This document shows positions 23,301-34,202 of a stretch of DNA of 41,795 nucleotides, in pieces. Numbering within the stretch: position 1 is the first letter of the stretch; each line of letters starts with the position of its first letter. Below the pieces are notes generated by a model that made no database searches, was not told where the DNA came from, and saw nothing but the letters and a program-made list of their open reading frames with translations. A program made the position numbers and the translations under genes. The stretch is from assembly GCA_002269645.1 (NCBI GenBank), contig NIVC01004567.1, forward strand, positions 1-41,795. Reading direction: 5' to 3'. The DNA is from Macrostomum lignano (taxonomy: Eukaryota).

Positions 23301-26300
23301 CTCTTTGATTCGGCTATGCTTCTCTTAGCTGTAACCGCTAATTCGATATACGCTATTCAATTGCTAAATCAAAACATTTCAAATCTCTTATATACATCGA
23401 TTATGTTCCAGGAATCAAGCACTGCAAAAAAGGTCTGCTTAGATTCAGAAGACTCTGTCTCAAAACGTGCCCTCTTGGCTTCCGAAGAAAGAGACGAAGC
23501 TGCGTACGAAAATACGTCTGCCGAAACGGAAAGATGTACAGAGGAGTCTGCATCGTTACCAAATGTCCTTCTGGAACTCACAACATTCGAGGATCGTGCG
23601 TTCGCACGCGTAAGTCTGATTAAAGGGTTGAATGAGGGATTAATTAATTGCAAAGCGCAATGACCAACTTACAAACATCTTTTTTTTCATTCCATCTTAG
23701 CTCGCCTCTGCCCGTCTGGTAGGCTGCTGCTAATCAAGCCGAGTGGTGCTAGATCTTGCGTTCGAGCCTGCCCAAGGACCTACACAGTTGTTAGGTCGCG
23801 GGGCTCTTGCAAGCCTACACGCTGTCCAAAGGGCATGTACCGTCTGGGAATAACATGCAGAAAGTCCTGTCCCAAAGGATTCCGTGCTCGAAGAGGTCGC
23901 TGTAGAGCTGTCAGAAAGAGCTGCAAAGACGGCCTGTTCCGACTCCGCAGGCGTTGTGTGAAGCGATGCCCAAGAGGCTTCAAGGCCAGAGGAGGTCGCT
24001 GTAGACGAGTGCCTTTCAGATGCAAGAAAGGAACTTTCAGGTTCAGAAGGCGTTGCGTCAAGAAATGCCCGAAAAAATACACCGGTCGCGTCTACAAGCG
24101 GGCGAGAAGAGCGCCAGTCCGATACTGCAGGCCTATTAGAAGCTGCAAGAAGGGACAAGTGCTCGTTTACAGACGGTCACGGAGTCGCTACAGGTCAAGA
24201 TGTGTCAGTGCAAGCAAGCCTTGCAAAACTGGTTACGTGCTGAGAAGACGTGTCGTACGATTTAATAGAGGCGGAAGGAGGGTGCGCAGAGTGCTAAGAC
24301 TGTGCAAGAGAGCCAGGGAAAGCTGTGCCAAGGGATTGTTCTTGTTCCACGCCAAGTGCAGAAAGCAGTGCCCAAGAGGAATGAGGACATTGTTGGTTAG
24401 ACGATCAAGAAAAGTTGTCCGCACATGCAAGCCAAGTAAGGCCGTGATTTCATCTGATTGAATAGAGAGAATTCTATATTTCTAGAAAATAGTGTCTAAA
24501 AAGCTAATTTGCATACAAACTTTCAGAATGCGGTAGAAAGTTTGCTTTCCGAAGCAAATGCGTCAGAAGGTGCCCACGTGGATACACAGCAAGAAGATTC
24601 AGGTTTATCAAGTTCTGCAGGAAAGGTGCGAGTTAAATTTAATAAAGTGCCTGATTTAACAGTATGCTAATGGAATATCTCCAGTTTCACTTACAAGCAT
24701 CGATTTAAACATTTCAGATTGCCCCAGAGGAAGATTCGCGTTCAGAAATTCGTGCATCTCGCGGTGTCCAGCAGGCTACAGAAAGCGAAGATATCGAGTG
24801 TATTCCAGACGATCAAGAAAGCTTGTTTCCATCACCAGCTGCGCCCGGAAAACTAGTAAGTTGGCTAGCCCTGATGCTTAACCGAGACAACCTTTAATAA
24901 CTGTCAATAAATATTTCATTATTTTCTCTATTGTAGAATGCCCATCAGGATACCGAATAGTGTATCGTCTCAAGCGAAGTGCTAAGGGCAGGTCAATCCG
25001 ACCAACTAAGGTCTGCAGACCAGGTATTTTTTTAGCTTTTTGTCCTTCGGATAAGCAAGTAAAGGCGTAGCAAGCATAATAAAAATTAACTATAACAACC
25101 TATATTTCTTCAGTGAGACAGAAGAGCTGCAGATATCCAACTGCACTTGCCTTTGGTCGCTGCTTCCGCCGTTGCCCATCCGGTTACTACAGACGGTCCA
25201 GAACTGTTCGCGGGCGAAGACTTGGATTCTGCCTGCCAACAAAGCTGACAGTCCTTTGTCGCCGCCGTCGCTGCGGCAAGACAAAGATGTGCATCATCAG
25301 CCGAAGAACGAGAGTTTTCAGGGCCGGAAAGCGAGCAGTTCGTCGAACTGTACGAAAGCCCGTCTGTGTTCCACGATGTAAGAAAGAACATATTCTGTGC
25401 TTAAGATGCATGACTGTTATTTAAGTTTTTTAAATCGACTTCTGAATTTCCCATTTCCCTGCAGACTGCAAAGCCGGAACCTATCGTCACAGGCGCAGAT
25501 GCGTTCGAAAGTGTCCACGCGGCTACATTAAACGCTCTTCGAAGCGTTTCAGAATGCACAAGGGCCGCAGAATGGCATACAAAGTGAGACTCTGCACGAG
25601 GAAACTGTGCAGGTATCCCATGGCCAGATATAGCACACGATGCGTTAAGCGTTGCCCAAGCAGATATGAAAAGAAAGTATATCGCCTCAGATTCCGCTAC
25701 AGGCGATCGAAGTTCATCAGACGCTATGCTGTATGCCGACGCAATCTCTGCTCAAAGGTCTCCTGTTCAAGAAACCAGAGGTGCATTGTAAAGACTCTTC
25801 CAGGGCGCAAAGATCGGCAAGTGGCTGTTTGTGCTAATAAAAACCCGTGTGCCCGGATGAGGTGCCGACGAGGATTTAAATGCCGAATTAGACGAGTATC
25901 TGGGCGCAAACGAGCATCATGTGTTCCTTCTATGCCTTTCTGCAAGGCTGGATTAGTTGGCTTTGGCAAACGATGTCAGCGGCGTTGCCCTAAAAATTAT
26001 AGGGTTTTGAGCAAGAAGATCGGAGGACGACTGTACAGAATGTGCGCCAGAGACGCATGCTCACGAGGCCGATTTTTCTCAAGTGGACGATGCGTGCCGC
26101 GCTGTCCGAGTGGCTTTGCTGGAAAATCTATCAGGTATTCTAGGTCATACATCTTCAAGTACTGCGCTCCGAAAGCTTGTAAGCGCAGACTGTTTAGACT
26201 TGGCGGACGCTGCGTGAAGCGCTGTCCTTCAGGATACAGGAGACGATACTTCAGGGCTAGACGAGGTGTTCGAAGATACTGTGCCTCATCTGCCTGCAGG

Positions 26301-29300
26301 AAAGGAACATATAAGCTTGGAAAGCGTTGCGTCAAGAACTGCCCAAAGAATTACAACAAGAAAACAGTAAGAAAGGGGTCGAAATCTTATGCAGCTTGTG
26401 TGCCCAAGAAATGCCCCGCCAAGTCTATGTTTATTAAGGGTCGCTGCAGAAAAGCATTGAAGGGCTGCTACGATAGGACATTCGCTTGCAAGGGTTGGGC
26501 TAGAAAGAAACGGTGCTCAAAAAAGCTGGTTAAGTACTTGTGTCCAGCGTCCTGTGGCACCTGCAATCCTAAGAAGAGAAAGCTCTGCACCTGCATATCC
26601 ATGGGCGATCCACACTACCGTACATTTGATGGAAAATGGATCCACTTCATGGGAAAATGCAAGTATCTGTTGGCCAAGTCCAAACTACGAAAATCTTCTA
26701 GGTGCAACTTCTCTGTTGCAGCAAAGAATGAAGTTCGTGGAAAGAGACGAAGAGTCAGCTGGACAAAATTCGTTGACATTAACATTCATGGATTGTCTAT
26801 CCGCTTGCACCAGAAACGTCGTGTCTTCTTCAACGGCAAGAGAGTTCGAAGGCTACCTGTTTCGCTCTACAAGAGAGGCAAGAAGCTTCGAGTTTACCGT
26901 AGTGGAAATAATGTTGTTGTTGAATCAAAGTACTGCGGCTTGTATCTTGAGTTCAATGGCAGATCAGTGGCCGAACTGCACCTTCCAAAATCCCGGTTCG
27001 CTGGAAAGGTTCAGGGCATCTGTGGAAATTGCAACGGAAATCCTAAGGATGATTTGAAAACCAGAAGTGGAAAGGATGTCTCCAAGCTTGGTTCAAAGGG
27101 ATTCGTGCAGATCGGACAATCCTATCTTGTCGCTGACCGTTCCACAAAGAGCTCGCGATGCAAAGTCAAACCTGCATCAACATCAAAATGCTCAAAATCA
27201 ATGAAGCGAAAGATCAAATCTAGCAGATTCTGTGGCCTTATTTCAAACAAGAAGGGGCCATTCAGAGCTTGCTTGAAATCCGGAAAAGTTGATTATACCA
27301 AGATCTATAAGAGCTGCAAGTTTGACGTTTGTCAGTACCGAAAAGCTAAAAATCGCCGAAAGGCTGTGTGCGAGTCCCTGGAAACTCTTTACAACGCTTG
27401 CCTGGCCAAGGGATTCCGAGTGAGCTGGAGAAAACGCCGGTTCTGTCCATTGAAGTGCGGTGCCAATTCTGTATTCAGAAGAAAAACAAGTGGCTGCCCA
27501 AGAACATGCGCCGATCTAGGTCGACGAAGAAAGTGCCGTCTGCCATCCCGAGAAGGCTGCGCCTGCAAAGAAGGCTACGTACTCAATGGAAAGAAGTGCG
27601 TCCCCGAAAGAATCTGCGGCAAAACAGTGCCACTTGATCTGGCCTTCGTTGTCGACGGAACAGATGACGTCAGTTCAGATGAGTTTGAAACACTGAAGAA
27701 CTTGATCATCAAGCTTCTTACAAAGTACAGACTGTCTTCTAACTCTGTACGACCAGCAATTGCAGTGTTCGGCAGAACAAGCCCAACTGTAAGTCTGTTT
27801 AACCAGCGCCCCGGAAAAGCTGACTTCATGGCATTCGTCAGAAAAATGAAGAAACCAGGAGGATCAGCTGATAACTTGGATGCCGCTCTCCGGGTTGCCA
27901 ACAAGGTGATGATGAACCCAATGGGAGGCGCAAGACCAGCGGTTCCAAAGTATATTCTGTTATTGAAGAAGAGCAAAGTTCCAGCGTCATCGGAAAGTGT
28001 TGTCAAGAGCGAACTAGATTCGCTGAAAAAAGCTAACGTCCACGTGGTTGCTGTCACTCTCCCACCAACAAAACCAGGAAAGACCGACACGGCTATTGGT
28101 GGATTGTCAGTTATCCCAGCACGAGTGCCACCGTATCTTGCAATCCCGAAGATCACCAAGGAGCTGGAAAAGACAGCTGGCTGTACTTCTGGATATAAAC
28201 GACAAGGCAAACGCTGTATAGATGTGAACGAGTGCGCAGCAAAGGTACCACCATGCCATTCTGACAGCACCTGCGTCAATTTGCCAGGCAGCTTCATCTG
28301 CCTCTGCCGCGAAGGCTTCCGACATGACAGATCCCGTGGATGTGTGTCTCTGAAGAAGGAGAAGTGCCCAAGCAAACCGAAATGCGACAATGGCTACCGC
28401 TTTGATAAGGCAAAGGGCAAGTGTGTTGACATCAACGAATGCAAAGAGAATCCGTGCTTGGGTGATAGTGCTACTTGCGTCAATACACCAGGCAGCTTCA
28501 AGTGCAAGTGCAAGACTGGTTTCGAGTACAACAAATACTTTGGTTGCGTTGACATCGACGAATGCAAGGGAAAAGATCCTTGCGCTGGTTCCGGAAAGTG
28601 CATCAATACACTTGGCTCGTTCAAGTGTACCTGCGACGAGGGTTACACTTACAAAACCGGTCTCGGCTGCAAGGATATCGATGAGTGCGCAGCTGGATCG
28701 CATAACTGCAAGGGCGGTTCGAAGTGCATCAACACGGCTGGTTCTTACAACTGCAGCTGTGACTCCGGCTATCGCTACGAAAGCAACAAGTGCATTGACA
28801 TTGACGAGTGCGCTGAGGACAGCAAACTCTGCGACGCATCTGCCACATGTGTAAACAAGAAGCCAGGCTATGAATGCCAGTGCAAACTTGGCAGCAACTG
28901 GGTGCACAAGGCTGGAAGAGGGTGCGTGCCAGATGAGAAGAAGGGAATGTCTCAACGAAAGGTTGATTTTATCTTCACCATTGATGGTAGCGACAAGCTG
29001 AAGTCATCTGAGAAGGACATCAAGGATTTCTTGACCCGCCTGCTCAATAAGTTTAAAGCCAATGAGTTGAAGGGTCTGAGCGTGCGTGCATCGGCCATTA
29101 TTATGGGCAAAAGGGAGGTGCGGATATCAAATTTAGCCAAGCTGACCTGTCTGGAATCGATGACAAGATCAAGGCGCTTAACTTCCCTGGAGGAAAGGCA
29201 AACCTTCTCGACGGAATGAAGAAGGCAAATCGGGAGCATGCAAAGGCCAGAAACGGAAGCACGCCGATCGTGTTCCTCATCACTGGTTCGAACATTAAGC

Positions 29301-31224
29301 CGGGCGACACCAACCTGCCAGCGATTAAGAGACTGTCTGACAATTTCAAGTCGACCGGAAAGTTTTTCACTGTCCAGCTGACACCGGCACGAGAGCCGTC
29401 CGACTGGAGCCCGCTGTATTCCCGCGATGAAATCAGCCACTACGTAACCGTAATCAGATCCGCTGACATTAACACCATCTACAAGCTAATCTACAAGAGA
29501 ATCTATCCGCTGATCAACTGTCCAGAGGGCTTTGTCAAGGTTCGCGGACTCTGCCAGCTGCAGACAGCAACAATCAAGTACTGCAAGACCGAAGACAAAC
29601 AGTTGCGAGCAGTTGGAAGCACATGGCAAGAGGAGTGTTCCGAGTTCAAGTGCACCAACAGTGGAATCGAAGTCGTGTCCAGAAAGTGTCTTGGTTACGA
29701 CGGCCAATGCTACTCAACGGAGGAGTACTTCCCATGCACTCAGGTCACTGGATCTCTGAGCTGGAAGTGTCGTTGCAAGTAAGAACCTTACATTCAGTCT
29801 TACAAATTATCTTTGCATCAACTATGGATAAAAACGGTGCTTAGTTCTTGATGAACAAACTCAAAGTGACATTTTAAATAAGATTTCGGTACCATGCCAT
29901 CTCCACATTTCAGACTGCGCACCCGCACAAACAAGAAGGGAAAGAAGGTCGAGTCCCTGCATTATCAGTCTATCGCCACCTCGAAGGAGAAGGTGCTCAC
30001 AGAGAGTGGCCGCCAGTGCGTGTTCCCCTTCAAGTATCAGAACAAGTGGCTGTACAACTGCGACGAGTACAACGGCAGGTATTGGTGCTCGTACCACCGA
30101 ATGCACGAGACCGGATCATGGGGCTACTGCAAGATCAAGGAGAGCAAGAACCGCTGTACCGATCCGTTCAACCCGAGCAAGGTCTACATCGAGGGCGAGC
30201 GCTGGAATCACGGCTGCAATGTGATGGAGTGCACCAAGACCGGATTGAAGAGAATCCCTAGTGAGTTTTTTGTTTTAAGCCCGTGACGATGTCTTCAGTC
30301 AGCAGCTGCATTAATAGATACTTGTGTAGGTTTTTATTAAATTGTATGGATCTAAGAACGAGTAGATCAAAGATGGGGTCCTCACAGCAATCATAATAAA
30401 AGTTCTGCTGCAACAATTTGCAGAGTGCCAGGCCGCTGACAAGACTTGCAAAGCCCTGAACGAGGACGGCTATTCTTGCCACTATAGCGGCAGCCTGCAC
30501 AAGAACTGCATCTGCGTCCAAAACTCGGCCGGCTGGGGCAAGAACGAAGTGGTGACCGGCGACAAGGCCAAGGAAGTGAGCAGCTCCGGAGGCAGCGTCG
30601 TTAGCGTCTGCGTGGATCGCAGCACCGGAAAGCGATACGAGCAGGGACAGGAGTGGGTCAACTCGTGCTTCAAGTACAAGTGCACCGCCAAGGGAGGCGA
30701 GCTGGTTGAGTCCGGGTGTAAACAGAAGGACGGCAAATGCCGCAAAATCGGCGAGAAGGGCTTCGACTGCGTTGTCAAGGGCAAATCGGCGAAAAGCTGC
30801 GAATGCGCTAAGGACAGCGCAGGCAATCCGACCCTAAGTGGCGTTGTATCAGGTAAGTTTCGTATCGGCTTATGGTGGCTTCAAGATTTCTCTCGAAATT
30901 CTATGCGGCTAATGCAGAGTACTCAAAGTGAAGGTCGATTGACACGAGCATCTGAAGAGACTAGAGTTCGGATCAAGGACCACTAGAAGTTATAAATTCG
31001 CTTGGTCCTTGGTTCGTAAGGTCCTTGGTTTGGATATTATCTAGGAATGTAGATGGAAAGCGAGTAGATAGAAAAATGATGCGAAGAGAATGAGGGAAAC
31101 TCACTGAATTCAAACATTTCGCCCAACTGCAGGACGCAAGATGATCCAGGTGCTGAAGGTTTCGAAAGTGAGCACCTCGCTGAAGACCGTGGCTAAGACT
31201 GTGGCTTCCAAGACCAAGAAGTAA
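8281..31224 (+). CDS. Giant secreted Arg/Lys/Cys-rich multidomain protein (~5,880 aa, 46 coding exons); adhesive/mucin-like extracellular protein
   Basis: Exons traced by hand, all GT..AG with consistent phase: 8281-8357, 8479-10095, 10179-10397, 10476-10879, 11053-11103, 11204-11248, 11339-11434, 11542-11780, 11876-12117, 12255-12784, 13040-13156, 13257-13552, 13647-13841, 13951-14377, 14460-14591, 14671-14778, 14920-15105, 15238-15699, 15880-16068, 16201-16662, 16843-17031, 17164-17625, 17806-17994, 18127-18588, 18706-19578, 19672-20583, 20698-21135, 21228-21512, 21586-21696, 21798-21899, 22001-22090, 22173-22214, 22311-22406, 22518-22583, 22674-23107, 23189-23290, 23412-23609, 23701-24435, 24527-24625, 24718-24855, 24937-25023, 25114-25377, 25465-29778, 29914-30260, 30424-30852, 31133-31224 (TAA). 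The sum is 17,650 nt; adding 2 nt for the frameshifts at ~22742 and ~29110 gives 5,884 codons including the stop. The last exon and the donor at 12118 (GTTGGA) are the least certain. Confidence 0.88.
8510..9590 (+). repeat. Coding Ala-Arg low-complexity block (~360 aa) with a 22-aa (66-bp) higher-order repeat
   Basis: Translation shows units such as LAKRLARARARARAIARARARA, LARRVARARARARAIARAKAKA and LARRLARARARARAIARARARA, built from AGAGCC/AGAGCT-type hexamers. Confidence 0.9.
11673..12440 (+). CDS. Hemicentin/VWA7-type vWA domain 1 (exons 8-10 of the giant gene)
   Basis: Motifs IDVAFVVDVSGSMG (MIDAS DxSxS), FILVPFADPKVGPV, GGGDCPEMS, IVYVFTDAS and NFLLTG match the hemicentin N-terminal vWA signature. 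Confidence 0.9.
13412..14120 (+). CDS. Hemicentin/VWA7-type vWA domain 2 (exons 12-14)
   Basis: Motifs VDMAFVVDTTGSMG, FVISAFNDPK|VGPIT, GGGDCPERS, VIYVFTDASAKD and MFIITG. Confidence 0.9.
14926..18600 (+). repeat. Intragenic 963-bp tandem duplication (~3.8 units); each unit has two exons, one encoding a SUEL/rhamnose-binding lectin domain
   Basis: Identical ORFs at 15165, 16128, 17091 and 18054 (963-bp period). Each encodes ACEGKSLTIRCP..FYGR..C..C..KCNNRRAC....FGDPCRGTYKYMTVRYRC, the SUEL consensus. Introns are duplicated with the exons. Confidence 0.95.
26464..26564 (+). CDS. ShKT (ShK toxin-like) domain within exon 43
   Basis: CYDRTFACKGWARKKRCSKKLVKYLCPASCGTC fits the six-Cys pattern C-x-D-x4-C-x2-W-x5-C-x8-C-x3-C-x2-C. 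Confidence 0.8.
26585..27620 (+). CDS. VWD-C8-TIL assembly (mucin/VWF D-domain type)
   Basis: CTCISMGDPHYRTFDG...GKCKYLLA; GKVQGICGNCNGNPKDDL; FCGLISNKKGPFRAC...SCKFDVC...CESLETLYNAC; CGANSVF...GCPRTCAD...EGCACKEGYVLNGKKCVP. Confidence 0.93.
27625..29520 (+). CDS. vWA - five calcium-binding EGF domains - vWA segment (frameshifted at ~29110)
   Basis: PLDLAFVVDGTDD starts the first vWA. Five D(I/V)(N/D)EC...C(V/I)N..G.(F/Y).C.C cbEGF units follow. VDFIFTIDGSDK starts the second vWA, which continues as GGADIKFSQ...PIVFLITGS in the shifted frame. Confidence 0.9.
29995..30135 (+). CDS. Fibronectin type II domain
   Basis: TESGRQCVFPFKYQNKWLYNCDEYNGRYWCSYHRMHETGSWGYC matches the FN2 pattern C-x-FPF-x-Y...C...WC...WG-x-C. 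Confidence 0.9.
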
Positions 31225-32699
31225 CTCAAATCTGCCCCTGATGAACGCAAAACTTAACTTTGAGACAACTTCGCAAACTTCAGTTTTAACCTGAAAATTT
31301 TTTGGTGGTGGGAAGAACATTTGCTTAATTGGCTGCAGCTTCACTGAAGCCTGAGACAGGCGTGGAGGAAAATACATTATTTCAATTCCGTTAAATTTAC
31401 AAAATGATTCTCGTTCATTAGCTTCTTTATTTTTTAGTTCAGCGTTGGTGGCAGCCGAAGATGAGCCGAATCATAATGCACTCGGCGCCCCTTAGCGACT
31501 AAAAACCGTGCTGTAAGCGTAGAAATATTGGATGCCTGAAATTCAACAAGTCTGGAGTCATTGGGAAGCGAAGAGGATAACCAGCAGCACTTTTGTGCAT
31601 GAACTTACAATTAAATTTGTCAGAGATACACGCAAGCTCAGTTATTGGTGGACCAAGAATCAATAAAACTCTAATGCTTTACAGAGTGAATGCGGCATAT
31701 TGCTGCCCTTCCTTAGAGGGCACACCTATGATTAGAGTTTGTACAGAAACCACAGAATGTACACAGAATGCAAGGACGCTTTAATCACTCAAGACGGGAA
31801 CTCGCAAAACCATGGTGAAAAAATCACGAGGCTCGTTTAAGAGCAGGGTTATGGCCAAGCTATTATGGCAGCAAACTCACCATGCCTCTTTTTGATCTTT
31901 TGGTAATTAATAACTGTCGTCTTCTCATGACTCCTACTGTATAGTAGGTTCGTGCGCAACGTTTCATTTGCTTCCCACGCACTTAGCTAAGAATGTAGCC
32001 TTCTCTTCAGCTTAAAGTTAAGCCCAAAAGGCTTTATATTTGACTATGGCTTGACCATAGATATGATACATGTACGGGTCTGTGAATTTAGTAACCGAAA
32101 TTTAGTAACGCAATGGTGCAGCTGAGGGATATTCCATATGTATTACTATAATATAATGTTACATTGTACACCTATTATATTTATATGGGTGATTTCAATA
32201 TTACTACGAGCGTATATGCATAGATTTAAGAATTTTTGCCGATCGGGATTATCCCGTATCCCCCAGCTACGCCAATGGTAATGCTTGAATTTAGTAACGA
32301 ATATACGAGAACTCGTAGTAACTCTTGAAATTTAGGAACCCCTCTAACTCTGGGTACCTATATCCGGTGTGAAGGAAATTTCTATTGTCCTGCAACTTCA
32401 CTCTTACATATTGAACTCTTCAAGTGTTACTACTCGTAAATTCAAGCGTTACTAGCTCGTAAATTCAAGGACACCCTACATGTACAATGAATCGAGCATC
32501 ATACTTTCTTACAGTGATTTGCGAGTTTTCCGTCCTGAGTTATTAAGAAGTCCTTGACTGGCACTGGAACTGGAACGTTCTTCATCAAATTTAACCATAC
32601 GAACCAGACAGGACAAATGCTACAAATAAAATCATCAATTTTTGGTCCATCAATATCTCTCTCTGCTTGCACCCCTTGCCAAATTTCATTTCAAGGTCA

Positions 32700-33130
32700 A
32701 GAACAAAAGAATTCACCGATGAAGACCCAATGGAAGTCTCCGTACAAGAGACTGTAATGGAAGGATATTGCGACCTTGTCCGGACTGCCAGGCACTGCTT
32801 CCTCCGAGGTGACCTCGAGAGTGAACTTTGCCCCTTTTGCGAATACAACGAAGATGCTCAGCACTTTGTATGTCACTACTCTTCTTTACCAGAGACCGGC
32901 TACGCTACCTCGGCAGCATCCCACGGCTCATCCAGTTCCTTTGAACGACAGGACGAGCCACTTTCTTTCCTAACGGAAGAGATCACGCTGCAGGACAGAC
33001 TGGCGGACCACCCTGACCGGCCCCACGCCTCTGCCTGTCTGCGGGCCTTCAGGGGCTGGCGGAATGGGCGACCCTCGCCTCCCCGCTGTGTCTACGGACC
33101 GCCCTGCAGCTAAGTCAAGTAAAGCATCGA
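32700..33130 (+). mobile_element. Degenerate 3' end of a non-LTR retrotransposon (C-terminal zinc-knuckle region)
   Basis: ELCPFCEYNEDAQHFVCH resembles the LINE ORF2 C-terminal CxxC..E..H..C knuckle, and the stop is followed by a short TAAGTCAAGTAAAG tail. No RT core is visible. Confidence 0.45.
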
Positions 33131-34202
33131 AAGTACTTTATTTATTCTAAGCTGCTTCACATTGCAGAAATGCTACGCAGCTTCAAAATCCTCAACCTGA
33201 AGAAATAAATTGGCACACATTAGGGCATAATTGAGCTCAGTTCGAAGGGAGACTAATTAGCAACAAAAAACCGGAGAATTTGGTTTGCCCTGCTCAAAAT
33301 AAAATCAAAATCGGGCATTGAATGGAGCCAATCGATAATATCGAGTTTAATTATGCCAATTCAAGAGGCGGCAGGAAAACCAGCCGGCCTCGGGTGCAGA
33401 TCACGCACAATGGTTGCAATAGATTGATTACAGCAGCAACTAAAAACAACTCTGTGAGCGACAGAACTGCTGCCGGACTGACAGCCTGCCTGGATGCGTA
33501 CGGGCCAATCAGGTGTAAAAAGGTAAAACAGCCAGTGGCACTGCTAGTCATGGATGAGTCATGGGTGAGTCATGGGTGAGTCATGGGTGACTCATGAGTG
33601 AGTATGCTGGATAGTCAGAGCAGCACAATGAAGCGACACGAACAGTATAGCAGTATTGTACAGGTGTGAATCGATGACGCCGAGTGCGCGGAGTGCTTAA
33701 TGCCGCTGGTCAGTCGTATAAACGGTGCCAGGCTCCGTGTTCTGCTGGGGTAAAAATATGAAAACAAAAACAAAAAATCGAAAAGTGGCGAGGGTCCAAG
33801 TCATTGGGTTACTACAGGCTAGAATACAAACGCATTGTGGAGCCGCAGTTTGCTGCATGGGGGGGCCAAAAAAAGCAATTTACAACGCCACTGTATCACA
33901 TTAGGTATCACACTGTATCATGATTAGGTAATACTTTTAGAACAGGTGGGTGGATAATAGCGCTTGGGCCGGTGCAGGAGAGGAAAAGGAAGCTGAGCTA
34001 AGAGTTTAATCCTGTGGGATCGGCTGGACATCAGTCTTTAGATTTTAGTTATCATACTGCAGTTTTTAGTTATCATACTACTAACTAATCTACCACTCAG
34101 TAGCGCATTAGGGAGAATATTTGTATCAGAATTCTGCTAATGAGGAAGCGTAATGAGAGCTCGCAGCGGTAAGTTCGGGCGCACGGCAAGCGAAATTGAG
34201 CC

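Noticed and set aside
22735-29120. Programmed ribosomal frameshifting as the explanation for the two frame breaks
   Set aside because: No canonical X XXY YYZ slippery heptamer or obvious downstream structure; single-base homopolymer deletions explain both more simply.
26554-29440. Antisense and off-frame ORFs over the VWD/vWA/EGF exon (27575-28390, 28107-28955, 28952-29440 and others)
   Set aside because: They overlap a frame with clear conserved domains and show no domain features of their own.
32067-32484. Possible nested degenerate MITEs (TACATGTA flanks, GAATTTAGTAAC repeats, CAATGG/CATTGG-like ends)
   Set aside because: The terminal inverted repeats are too imperfect, and TACATGTA is a common palindrome, so boundaries cannot be supported.
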